From the NCBI RefSeq assembly GCF_003918875.1, contig NW_025767355.1, positions 62,001 through 126,000 of the forward strand: DNA of 64,000 bases. Direction: 5' to 3'. This document shows, piece after piece, positions 1 to 12,638 of the stretch. Source of the stretch: Haliotis rubra. Taxonomy: Eukaryota. The first letter of the stretch is position 1. Each line of letters opens with the position of its first letter. The notes beneath the pieces were generated by a model. The model was given only the letters and a program-made list of their open reading frames with translations. It was not told the DNA's origin and made no database searches. A program made the translations under genes and the position numbers.

Positions 1-1393
1 CATACCGACACAGGTGATATTGGCCACATCATACTGACACAGACGATATAGGCCACATCATACCGACACAGGTGATATTGGCCACATCATACTGACACAG
101 GTGATATAGGCCACATCTTACCGACACAGACGATATAGGCCACATCATACCGACACAGACGATATTGGCCACATCATACTGACACAAACGATATAGGCCA
201 CATCTTACCGACACAGACGATATAGGCCACATCTTACCGACACAGACGATATAGGCCACATCATACTGACACAGACGATATAGGCCACATCATACTGACA
301 CAGACGATAAAGGCCACATCATACTGACACAGACGATATAGGCCATATCACACTGACACAGACGATATAGGCCACATCATACCGACACAGACGATATAGG
401 CCACATCATACTGACACAGACGATATAGGCCACATCATACTGACACAGACGATATAGGCCACATCCACACCGACACAGACATACTGACACAGACGATATA
501 GGCCACATCACCGACACTGACACAGACGATATAGGCCACATCATACTGACACAGACGATATAGGCCACATCACACTGACACAGACGATATAGGCCACATC
601 ATACTGACACAGACGATATAGGCCACATCATACTGACACAGACGATATAGGCCACATCTTACCGACACAGACGATATAGGCCACATCATACTGACACAGA
701 CGATATAGGCCACATCATACTGACACAGACGATATAGGCCACATCTTACCGACACAGACGATATAGGCCACATCATACTGACACAGACGATATAGGCCAC
801 ATCATACTGACACAGACGATATAGGCCACATCTTACCGACACAGACAATATAGGCCACATCATACTGACACAGACGATATAGGCCACATCATACTGACAC
901 AGACGATATAGGCCACATCATACTGACACAGACGATATAGGCCACATCATACTGACTCAAACGATATAGGCCACATCACACTGACACAGACGATATAGGC
1001 CACATCATACTGACACAGACGATATAGGCCACATCATACTGACACAGACGATATAGGCCACATCATACTGACACAGACGATATAGGCCACATCACACTGA
1101 CACAGACGATATAGGCCACATCATACTGACACAGACGATATAGGCCACATCATACTGACACAGACGATATAGGCCACATCTTACCGACACAGACGATATA
1201 GGCCACATCATACTGACACAGACGATATAGGCCACATCATACTGACACAGACGATATAGGCCACATCTTACCGACACAGACGATATAGGCCACATCATAC
1301 TGACACAGACGATATAGGCCACATCATACTGACACAGACGATATAGGCCACATCACACTGACTCAAACGATATAGGCCACATCTTACCGACAC
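1..1393. repeat. 29-bp minisatellite (catactgacacagacgatataggccacat)n, probably in intron 3 of regucalcin paralog 1
   Basis: About 48 near-identical tandem units. Truncated by the window start and ends about 80 bp before the exon acceptor at 1472-1473. Confidence 0.95.
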
Positions 1394-1473
1394 TAATGAC
1401 ACTGACTATGAAGTGAATACATGCAGGATTACATGAACTGTTGTAATATCAGTCACTACGGTCTGTGTTGTAG

Positions 1474-2448
1474 CCAATCGTCGCGTTGTGGTTAATTTCA
1501 ACGACGTCCCCGAGCTGAGCAGCAAAGACGTACTGGGTCCTGACGGCATGACGATTGACACTGAGGGTAATCTGTGGGTGGCCTGTATGGGTGCCGGGTG
1601 TGTGGCTAAAATTGAGCCAAAAACAGGTAAGCTGCAAACACACTAGTTATCTGCAGAACGACAACTGGATAATTATGAAACTACTTCAGTAAACTGTTCA
1701 TTTGAATTTTATACGTCATTCATTTCAAAATAAGTAAGTACAAATAGGAGACATTCTGTTTAACGTGTGGAGCTTTGGAAAAAAATGGCTCCAAACTGAA
1801 TTTCAGACCGGGCGCTATGGACCTGCGAGGAATGGCCTGAGCTTAGGTTTGATAGATTTGGTTGCGAGGTATTTTGGACATAATGCCGGCAGAGGTCAAG
1901 ACATGCTGCTTGCATACCCTGAAACAGCGAGAGGTTGAAACATTCTTGTAAATCAAAACATAGTTTTGTCCTACAGGTTTTCATATGGTCTGGAGGGTGA
2001 TATAGTTTAATCGAAACTGACAAATAGGCCGGATTGTATCTCCGGTCCATGAGGTATATGTATTTCGTGCCCTTCTACAAACATTATGATATTCTACAAA
2101 GAAGGTCTTTTTAAAGCGATAGGTGCATTTCCTATGTGAGATGAAATGGGAGATATCTTTTGCAAAAGCGCGAGTAACATCTATTCTATATCCTAAGGTC
2201 AAGTAATTTAGTTGCACAATTGCGTTTATTCTTCAGGTAAGATGCTACAGAAGGTGGACATACCTGATGCAAAAAGAATCACCTCTGTGTGTTGGGGCGG
2301 CAAGAACCTGGACGAGCTCTATCTGACCACTCTTAAAATGCACCCTACAAGAGCAGCATTTCCTGTGATCGACTCCCTGGACGGCTCGCTGTTCAGAGTT
2401 ACAGGTCTTGGAGTACATGGTCTACCAGCAGAGGTGTATCGTGGGTAA
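1474..2448 (+). CDS. RGN: Regucalcin/SMP-30/gluconolactonase paralog 1, 5'-partial; exons join(1474..1626,2237..2448)
   Basis: Exon 4 reads [51 protein letters not shown], bounded by tag and gtaag. Exon 5 reads [31 protein letters not shown]...[21 protein letters not shown]. The PDGM and GGKNLDELY motifs and the phase-1 introns match the other paralogs. Exons 1-3 lie outside the window. Confidence 0.9.
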
Positions 2449-2994
2449 ACCTTACAGAGAAGTTTTGCCCTCCAATCTCCAGGGAAGATGAAATAAAGCT
2501 TAAACGTTTCCAGCAATTTTCCATGGAGACCATGTTCAATGTGTGTGTGTGTGTTTGAGTNNNNNNNNNNNNNNNNNNNNNNNNNNNNNNNNNNNNNNNN
2601 NNNNNNNNNNNNNNNNNNNNNNNNNNNNNNNNNNNNNNNNNNNNNNNNNNNNNNNNNNNNNNNNNNNNNNNNNNNNNNNNNNNNNNNNNNNNNNNNNNNN
2701 NNNNNNNNNNNNNNNNNNNNNNNNNNNNNNNNNNNNNNNNNNNNNNNGTTCTAAACTAAATTTTGCAAAATATTCCATACTGTTTAAAGGTACTGTTTGC
2801 ACATGAACTGATGTATTGTAAAATACATTCGTAACGTTGAAAAGATTATTGCCATGTGTTTAATAAAGGATACAAATCAGTGGAAATTGCCGAATTCTTT
2901 ACGAAACTTTACACCAAAACGCAGCTGTTCACATGCACGATATTTGCACATGCTTTTCAGCAATATGATGCATGATCCTCGTGCAATTCATCTG

Positions 2995-3620
2995 CAGTGG
3001 GTCGGTTAAGGCAAAAATTGTGCACTTTGGGTTAAAAGCACCAAACTTAAAATTCATAGTTATAAAACAATAAGCATTGTGGAACATAATATGGTAGATC
3101 AATACTGTATTCTCATGTTAATCATGTGTTAATTATTTTATAAATAACAAAAAGTAATACTTTAAATGTACAAGGAAAATCATTTTGGTATTAATAGCTA
3201 GAACATTCAATAACACATAACAAGGAATTGTTTAAATTCTGAACAAATAATACTGACATTGTGTAAAAAAATTTGAAACTTTCTTAAGAAATCTAAATTT
3301 GGCGGCCATCTTGGAACTTTGTCATCACCAGGGGGCGCTACATACTAGATGTAAATTATATGCAGCACTATGAAGAACAATCCTTGATAAAATACTGAAT
3401 ATGACAAGATAATTATGATATGTTGAGCATAGACTGACATAGTTAGAGATTTCAGTCTAACTGGCGTCCATCTTGGATTTTCGGCCACCAGGGGGCACTA
3501 CTGAGGTGGATCCATATCCAGAAATGTTTAGAATTGTTCAATGTATCAGTGTGCTAAGTTTGGTGCTTTTAACCCAAAGTGCACAATTTTGACAAAATCC
3601 TGGCCTTAACCGCCCCACTA
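2995..3620. mobile_element. Non-autonomous DNA transposon (MITE), probably Academ-related
   Basis: Long inverted ends: (c/t)agtgg..cggttaaggc...aaaattgtgcactttgggttaaaagcaccaaactta versus taagtttggtgcttttaacccaaagtgcacaatttt...gccttaaccgccccacta. The TAGTGG-type terminus and internal gccatcttgg motifs are shared with the Academ element at 15125. No clean TSD seen. Confidence 0.7.
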
Positions 3621-4492
3621 ATAAGGTTATCCCAAACATGGTGGAGAAATCAATCTTCGATGTAACCATACATATAGACATAATATATAGTGAGTGTTTT
3701 AAGTCAGTGTCCATGTATCGAGTCATCAACCTGGTCATTTTAGTAGCGATTCGGCCAGAAAGTGTGGCCACCTAGCCACGTGAAGCTCCCATCTGTATCA
3801 TGGTCTTTTCTCTCTCTTCTGTCGATAGCCGTTGTTGTGTTTTAGCCAATATGGGTAACACAACAGAAAGTTTCACTGCCTGTATTCCCTAACCACCCAC
3901 AGTATCGTGTTGCCTACAGTATCGTGTTGCCTAAGCATCAAACCTGCACGACTAAAGTCGCGCTGCTGGAATATTGCTGCATGTGGAGAGAAAGTTGATA
4001 GTTGAAGCCATCTCACTTTCTCATACAGTCTTGTTGATGGTTTACGCCGGGGCAAAGGTTTTCCAAAAAAAGAATCGTCGCACCCGTTTCCTAACAATGG
4101 GTAATGACCTCCACTATCATGTCTAGGTGGTCGTGTATTCATTCCCTGGCACGCACAAGTTACACCGTGACAACCTACAACAATATTGACTAGAATATAG
4201 GATACAAAGACAATCTTTCTGACCCACATCGCTGAGACGTGCACCAGACTCTACAGCTTCAAGGTACGACATTATTGGTAAGTCTGAAACATTCGATTGG
4301 GCGTGCTTGTTTATAGACACAGTATGTTTTGTTATATGACTGATCGAATCCACGTCCTGCAAGGATGGCTATATGAGCTGGGTGTTCATGTCTATACTCG
4401 TGTACACTCGCGTAGCGTTCAGTGAAGCGCGACAAAGATTCCATCAGCTGAACCTCAAAGTAACATGTTCAGTGGGCGTCGTGACAAAAAAC

Positions 4493-4690
4493 TACGTACG
4501 TTCAGTGTGTCGTGAAGAAGGGTGCGTACGTTCAGTTTGTCGTGAAGAAGGGTACGTACGTTCAGTGTGTCGTGAAGAAGGGTACGTACGTTCAGTGTGT
4601 CGTGAAGAAGGGTACGTACGTTCAGTGTGTCGTGAAGAAGGGTACGTACGTTCAGTGTCCTGAAGAAAGGTACATTTGGTTAGTGTGTCA
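4493..4690. repeat. 30-bp minisatellite (tacgtacgttcagtgtgtcgtgaagaaggg)n
   Basis: About 6 tandem units, related to the half-unit of the 60-bp array downstream. Confidence 0.9.
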
Positions 4691-5505
4691 ATTCAGTTCA
4701 ATTGTTTATGACATGAAGGGCCATAGGTCAATATACAAGAGATATACGAATTAACAACGGCATATATAATCAACTTATAACTAACCAATTCTTTTCTTTA
4801 AAAAAAGGGTTTGTAAATAAATAGGGCTGCTTTGTATTGTTTTGAAGGTTCTTCTCAGGAAAGTAAGGAAGACAATAATTTAAAATTGATATGAAATAAA
4901 GGCAATTGTGTCAATTGTGGTAGATACTTGTTTCCTATATTTTCATATACAGGACAAATAGACATAAGATAGAATTCATCTTCAATAATGTTAGAGAATG
5001 GACATAATCGTTGGGTCTTTTCATAAAAAAATATCCTCCACGGTTACTTAATCATTGAGGCCTAATCTAAAAGGTATACAGATAGTTTCGGGCTGTTTAG
5101 AGAGTTATTTAGTCGATCAAGTCTTGACTATCGAATATCACATTTGGACTTTCTGTAAGAAGCTTTATAAATGTCTCTACGTCTATAGCAACCTTTACGA
5201 TTATATTCACTGCGACATCGCCTAAGCTTTCCTGCTTTCTGTCCACGCTTGTCTAAAATTTTTATTCAGGTTTACTAGGTTCAAGATTAAAGTGTTTCAT
5301 TTGTCTTTTCATACATGAAGCTGAATCAAGAAGACAGTTTACTTAATATGCAATCCCCTCTTCGTGGGATTTTTCAAGTTTAGTTAATAAAGAATTATCA
5401 TTGATATTCAACGTCAATGATGTAGTAAATATGTTTACCTTCGATTCATCCCAGACAAATCTAAGTTTGCGTCATGTTCGTCACAATCTACAACCTCTAG
5501 TACCG

Positions 5506-7075
5506 TCTCGGAGACTACATCAGTGCAGTGTGTGGTAACGAAGAGACCGTTAGGTTAGTGTGTTGTCACGGAGACTATCAGTGCAGTGTGTCGTAACGAA
5601 AAGACCGTTAGGTTAGTGTGTCGTCACGGAGACTAGTGCAGTGTGTCGTACCAAAGAGAACGTTAAGTTAGTGTGTTGTCACTGCAGTGTGTCGTAACGA
5701 AGAGAACGTTAGGTTAGTGTGTTGTCACGGAGACTATCAGTGCAGTGTGTCATAACGAAGAGAACGTTAGGTTAGTGTGTTGTCACGGAGACTACATCAG
5801 TGCAGTGTGTCGTAACGAATAGAACGTTAGGTTAGTGTGTTGTCACGGAGACTACATCAGTGCAGTGTGTTTTAACGAAGAGAACGTTAGGTTAGTGTGT
5901 TGTCACGGAGACTACATCAGTGCACTGTGTCGTAACGAAGAGAACGTTAGGTTAGTGTGTTGTCACGGAGACTAAATCAGTGCAGTGTGTCGTAACGAAG
6001 ATAACGTTAGGTTAGTGTGTTGACACGGAGACTACATCAGTGTAGTGTGTTTTAACGAAGAGAACGTTAGGTTAGTGTGTTGTCACGGAGACTACATCAG
6101 TGTAATATGTCGTACCAAAGAGAACGTTAGGTTAGTGTGTTGTCACGGAGACTACATCAGTGCAGTGTGTCGTAACGAAGGGAACGTTAGGTTAGTGTGT
6201 TGTCACGGAGACTACATCAGTGCAGTGTGTTTTAACGAAGAGAACGTTAGGTTAGTGTGTTGTCACGGAGACTACATCAGTGCAGTGTGTTTTAACGAGG
6301 AGAACGTTAGGTTAGTGTGTTGTCACGAAGAGAACGTTAGGTTAGTGTGTTGTCACGGAGACTACGTCAGTGTAGTATGTCGTAACGAAGAGAACGTTAG
6401 GTTAGTGTGTTGTCACGGAGACTACATCAGTGTAGTGTGTCGTAACGGAGAGAATGTTAGGTTAGTGTGTTGTCACGGAGACTAAATCAGTGCAGTGTGT
6501 CGTAAAGTAGAGAACGTTAGGTTAGTGTATTGTCACGGAGACTACATCAGTGTAGTATGTCGTAACGAAGAGAACGTTAGGTTATAGGTTAGTGTGTTGT
6601 CACGGAGACTAGTGCAGTGTGTCGTGACGAAGAGAACGTTAGTTTAGTGTGTTGTCACGCAGATTACTTCAGTGTAGTATGACGTGACGAAAGGTACGTA
6701 CGTTCACTGTGTCGTGACGAAGGCTACGTTAGATTAGTGTGTCGTCACGGAGACTAGTGCAGTGTGTTGTGACGAGGTCTGTTTGGTCAGTGCGTCGTGA
6801 CGAAGAGTGAGTGAGTGAATTTGATTTTACGCCGCTTTTAGCAATATACCAGCAATATCACGGCGGGGGACACCAGAAATGGGCTTCACATATTGTGCTC
6901 ATGTGGGGAATCGAACCCGGGTCTTCAGCGTGACGAGCGAACGCCTTTACCACTGGGCTATCCCACCGCCCTCGTGAGGAAGAGAACGTTAGGTTAGTTT
7001 GTTGTCACTGAGGCTACTTTGGTGCAGTGTGACCCGACGTAGACTATGTTTGTTCAGTGCGTCACGACGTAGACA
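5506..7075. repeat. 60-bp satellite (dimer of two 30-bp subunits), interrupted by a SINE
   Basis: Unit gagaacgttaggttagtgtgttgtcacggagactacatcagtgcagtgtgtcgtaacgaa, about 20 copies, degenerating at the right edge. Confidence 0.93.
6808..6971 (-). mobile_element. tRNA-derived SINE (family B)
   Basis: Minus strand has A box tagcccagtgg, B box ggttcgattcc and tail ...aatattgctaaaagcggcgtaaaa..(cact)n. TSD tcgtgacgaagag/tcgtgaggaagag. Confidence 0.9.
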
Positions 7076-7442
7076 GCAGTTCAGTCATAGTGTATGTTGC
7101 CCATGTTTTCTGGTTGTGTCAAGCACAGTTCACTCCCACCACGGAATACATACATTAATGTTCGCACTCAGATGATAACACAACAGCCTGAAGAGTAGCA
7201 AAGGCAATTGCTTGAGAAAAAGTAAAGAAGCTCATGTTCTTGTATTTTTAAGTGGGATAGTTCAACTTACCCTGCCATTTGTTCACGGGTATTGATGTAT
7301 GTCTACTTGGGGAGCCTTTATCAGTGTTTGTAGGAGAATCTATCCGGCTATGTAATCTGTCAGTCACCGTGATTTAAAACATAAAAAACCATTGCCACAT
7401 TCATAAGACATCTCTGCCTAAAGAGATGAGCCTACCGCATCA

Positions 7443-7688
7443 GACCCGTGAAGGTCCGGGTTAGAATATTGATCTTCAGTAACCCATGCTTGTCGTAAGA
7501 GGCGACTAACGGGATCGGGTGGTCAGGCTCGCTGACTTGGTGGACACATGTCATCGGTTCCCAATTGCTCAGATCGATGCTCATGCTGTTGATCACTGGA
7601 TTGTCTGGTCCAGACTCGATTGTTTACAGACCGCCGCCATATAGCTGGAATATTGCAGAGTGCGGCGTAAAACTAAACTCACTCACTC
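7443..7688 (+). mobile_element. Short retroposon family A (no tRNA head; 3' tail shared with SINE B)
   Basis: Starts gacccgtgaagg and ends ...gcggcgtaaaactaaactcactcactc. TSD cctaccgcatca/cctactgcatca. Five more copies in the window. Confidence 0.9.
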
Positions 7689-8144
7689 CTACTGCATCAT
7701 GACCATTAATCTGTTTGTGCCATCTGTCACAAAGACAAATGCAACAGGCCAAATCATGGAGGCCTTTCCTCGAAATATCTGCCATTAAATATTCTTGAAT
7801 GTTGGAACTTTGATCAAACAACATTTATACAACTGTGCTGCTCGACTGCACCCTAGTCTTCATTCACTCTGAATCGCAGTGCATAGATCTCAATATGAAC
7901 AATACTTTGAGCTCAGGTGGGTAAATCAGGCGGGAGTTCACTATATGAGCAAGTGTTCGCGCGCTGAATGTAAGTGTGAAACCATTTCTATAATCACAAG
8001 AAATCTCTATGAAAGTCCGTTGTACTTTTCAGACTAAATCATTAGGAATTGTTTGTAAAATCACTATCAAATAGTGACGATACTGGGTGTTCACGATTTC
8101 AAGTCGACCGTCCGTCCAAATAGGTAACGCGACCCGGACGTAGC

Positions 8145-8464
8145 TATGGTGGCTGATTAGGGCGTCTCGTGCTATCGCTTTCTCGTCTCGCATTATCGCT
8201 TTCTCGTCTCGTGTTATCGCTTTCTCGTCTCGTGTTATCGCTTTCTCGTCTGTTGATATTGCTTTCTCGCCTCGTGTTATCGCCTCGTGTTATCGCTTTA
8301 TCGTCTGGTGATATCGCTTTCTCGTCTCGTGTTATCGCTTTCTCGTCTGGTGATATCGCTTTCTCGCCTCGTGTTATCGCTTTCTCGTCTCGTGATATCG
8401 CTTTCTCGCTTACTCGCCTCCGAATTTTAAGGCGAGATGGGGATGGCCCAAATCAGCCACCATA
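8145..8464. mobile_element. IS3EU-type MITE containing a 21-bp internal minisatellite
   Basis: TIR tatggtggctgatt(a/t)gggc at both ends (TAYGG termini) and exact 6-bp TSD cgtagc (8139-8144, 8465-8470). Interior is (tctcgtctcgtgttatcgctt)n. Confidence 0.8.
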
Positions 8465-9009
8465 CGTAGCCACGACGTGCAGCCATGACCTACATATAGA
8501 GTTCCTGACACAATACTGAATAAACATTGTACCGTCTTGAGACATGAAATATATTGTGTGTACACTTGGGATATCGCAATGATTGCTGATTCGGCAATAC
8601 ACGTCTGTAGGTCATAGCGATGACGTAGATGACACTTCGATAAGTCAAGGATACGTTCAGTCACGTTTCACTCTTACTGCAAGTGTCACGGTCAAAGTGT
8701 GCTGACCATTGCGTGATATCAGTCAGTGATATTGGTATAATATTGTTCGACCAAAAGGCGTTATAACAGATTTATAACTATAGATATATATATAGTTCGG
8801 AGACTGTTGCTGCACAATGTTATACTGTATTGTCACTTTTTTTGTGATGTCGCTATTGAAGGGTTTTATCATTGAGCGTTACGGAGTATAATCATAGCAT
8901 GGAGGTTGACCCCACGATAAGGTATAATTAAGTGCTTCTGCACTAAGCTGCATGGCGATCCCAGGTTAGAAGCGGTCCCCGGTATCTCTGGATTGTTTGC
9001 TAGCCCCCG

Positions 9010-10180
9010 GTTGATATAACTGTAATACTGCTCCACACTGACTAGTTTGCTAGCTCTGGCAGGATATAACGGTAATACTCAACACACTCTAGTTTACTGA
9101 TCCTGACAGGATATAACGATAATACTCAACACACTCTAGTTTACTGATCCTTGCAAGATATAACGGTAATACTCAACACACACTAGTTTACTGATCCTTG
9201 CAGGATATAACGGTAATACTCAACACACACTAGTTTACTGATCCTTGCAAGATATAACGGTAATACTCAACACACACTAGTTTACTGATCCTTGCAGGAT
9301 ATAACGGTAATACTCAACACACACTAGTTTACTGATCCTTGCAAGATATAACGGTAATACTCAACACACTCTAGTTTACTGATCCTTGCAGGATATAACG
9401 GTAATACTCAACACACACTAGTTTACTGATCCTTGCAAGATATAACGGTAATACTCAACACACACTAGTTTTTTGTATTGGTCCTGGCCGGATATAACTG
9501 TAATACTCAACACACACCAGTTCACTGATCCTTGCAGGATATAACGGTAATACTCAACACACACTGTTTCACTGATCCTTGCAGGACATAACGGTAATAC
9601 TCAACACACACTAGTTTATTGTATTGGTCCTGGCAGGAAATAACGGTAATACTCAACACACACTAGTTCACTGATCCTTGCAGGACATAACGGTAATACT
9701 CAACACACACTAGTTTATTGTATTGGTCCTGGCAGGATATAACGGTAATACTCAACACACACTGTTTCACTGATCCTTGCAGGATATAACGGTAATACTC
9801 AACACACACTAGTTCACTGATCCTTGCAGGATATAACGGTAATACTCAACACACACTGTTTCACTGATCCTTGCAGGACATAACGGTAATACTCAACACA
9901 CACTAGTTTATTGTATTGGTCCTGGCAGGAAATAACGGTAATACTCAACACACACTAGTTCACTGATCCTTGCAGGACATAACGGTAATACTCAACACAC
10001 ACTAGTTTATTGTATTGGTCCTGGCAGGATATAACGGTAATACTCAACACACACTGTTTCACTGATCCTTGCAGGATATAACGGTAATACTCAACACACA
10101 CTAGTTCACTGATCCTTGCAGGATATAACGGGTAATACTGAACACACTCTGGTTTACTGGTCCTGGCAGGTTATAACGAT
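9010..10180. repeat. 47-bp minisatellite with interspersed 52-bp variant
   Basis: Unit gatccttgcaggatataacggtaatactcaacacacactagtttact, about 24 copies. Confidence 0.93.
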
Positions 10181-11636
10181 CGCTCTTGCCCCCCAATTTT
10201 GTGTGAGTTGTATATTATATGGCAGCCTTGGTCCTGTTGCCACATGTTTGTGAATACATCAAGTGATGTGTGGCTACCTCATTTACATATGTATAGGTCT
10301 CTGTATGTGATTGGTGCTAGTGTCCTCGCTGGGTGTGTGTGCTTCCTGCGTCATCAGATGTATAGCACAGAGCATGATCGGTTCACCAGTAGCCAGGATA
10401 TAGCTTGCTATTGACACCCGTCAGTGAACCGTCGCCTTTTCCAGTAAGACACCTTGGCCTGACGTTATACTAGTATATACTGCTGAATATAACGGACAAC
10501 CGACCATACCGTAAGTTTTGAAATGAGTACTGATATTGCAAAGTGGGTTTTGATTTAGTCGTGCCAGAATCCTATGTCCATTGGTTCGGATCCCGGATTC
10601 ACATAATGGCGATTGTTTGCTTGCCAGCAGCATAGCTTTGCTTGTGTTAATTTAATAGCCGAGACATGCAAAACCATTGAAACTGTTCCCCTGACTTAAC
10701 AGGAGTACTGTTCAACCACAAGTCTGAATTCATTACATGTATGTAGTTCTGTCCGCGAAAACTATTTTATTATATTTGTCTACATTAAGACCGTCACGGA
10801 GGCCGAGATTTATGTCACCATTTCTGTCTCTGTGTTAACAGAACAAAATCGGGCTCGTTTTTCAACTACGACGTCACAACCCGAGCTTGGCCGAAGCTTT
10901 GAATTCGTTTTGAATATCCGCAGGTTCTGGGATTAGGGTGGTTGTTGGGACAAGGATATCAGATACATCATTTTAGAGTGTAAAAGTACCCTCTATTTGT
11001 GATCGTTTACAATACTACAAGAAGGTCTGATACAATTATATTTCTTTAGAACGTGGTACTTGCTGTTACCCTGCACAGTGCTTGGTATGAAAGAGGTAAC
11101 ATTCAGTATTCCGTGTTCGAGTGTGGTTAAACTCAGTTATGCTACTTCTATAGACACCGCACGAGTAGTCGCGGACATGCACGTCTCTGTCAGTGACGTA
11201 ATCTTACAACCCACGCTTTGAACCAACAGGTGGTGACATACACCGATTCGAGGACTTTGATTTGTTAATCTTGGCCACCCCACAATGTCACGCTGATCCC
11301 GGAACTACTTTTTCATTTATAACACTCTTTGGAAAGAATTCCACCCGTATCCCCCCTTAAATTTCATTCTAGTCAATTCATATCACCTGAATATATATTC
11401 ATCATCGGATCACAATGAGTTTTAACATGTTTCTTTAATTGTATCTTAACATACTGAAAGACATTTCCAACTTCTCAAAATGCCAATGCGGAAGTCTTAC
11501 CCCCCAAATGACGTTGTTCCCCCTTGCATAGGCCACAAACTAGCCTGGTTGTCCAATGTCCTTGCACAAGTTATATTCCAGGTTCCTTCCGAAAGATTAT
11601 AACTATAAAGATACAACATTCTATTTATCAATTGTT

Positions 11637-11750
11637 GGGCGGTGGGGTAGGCTAGTGGTTAAAGCGTTTGGGTACAATATGTCAAGTGTCCCTGTCGTGA
11701 TATTGCTGAATATTGCTAAAAGTGGCGTAAAATCATACTCACTCTCTCAC
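11637..11750 (+). mobile_element. SINE family B, internally deleted
   Basis: Head gggcggtggggtaggctagtggttaaagcgtt and family tail are present; the B box is deleted. TSD ctatttatcaat/ctatttagcaat. Confidence 0.8.
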
Positions 11751-12638
11751 TATTTAGCAATCAACTCAAAGTCCGCTCCTATGGGTCGTTTAAGCGCAGC
11801 CCGGTTGGAAAAGAAAAACTTAGATCCCCTTCAAACGATGAAAATGGCACAAGCCCTGGTCCTTACATACCGCTGGGCCGAAAAAAACCCATGATTCTGG
11901 CACCATGCAAAATTTCTGAAGACAAAACATACAGATTGTAACTAACTATTACAGCCACACAGCCGTTCAACGTCGTCAGCTGACTAGTTGATGAATGGTA
12001 ACCTTACCCTTCATGGTAGCATGTCGTCGCGCTCTGACGTGATCACAACATAGAAGCTGATGTCGACAGCCACACATTAAGTCCCATACTTGTCGTTCCG
12101 AGTTTGTAATCTCGCTGTTCTCTGCTCCTACCTATGTCGGAACTATTGACAGTAACTTCTACAACAGTCGCTGAACCTCCAGGTCAAAACGTCAAAACGT
12201 TGAGTTTGCCCAACAGCTAACACAACAGACAGGTTCAACATAGTAGCAAGGTAGCAGATTTAACAATTTGTAAATATTGATAGCTGAAGTTTCAAGCTCT
12301 TTCACATGGCTCAAACCTCAAACAACAGTGATCCTCTCATTACAATATGTCTTGTTAATGCGTCAGTCTTTATGTATGTTTCTACGGAATGTAAGACCTG
12401 CATGCTTTTGCGCATACACTGGAGTGTACAGGCTTTTTGTTAATAAGTCAATTACTCCGCGACCTCTTTCTTAAACAGGTTTCGGTTCTTGAATACAAAA
12501 CCTTAAGTATTCTACATGTATCTTGAATACATATCGTGTAGAATTCTCTATCTATGAAACGTCTGAAATGCTTCCTATATGGCTTGTTTCACCCAATAAT
12601 ATTTACCTACCAAAATTTCGGTTAATGTTAGACCAGCG

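Noticed and set aside
1-1393. CRISPR-like regular repeats here and at other arrays
   Set aside because: Units are directly adjacent with no unique spacers, there are no cas genes, and the context is an intron-containing eukaryote.
2536-2806. ORFs spanning N runs (also 40133-40577)
   Set aside because: Assembly-gap artefacts.
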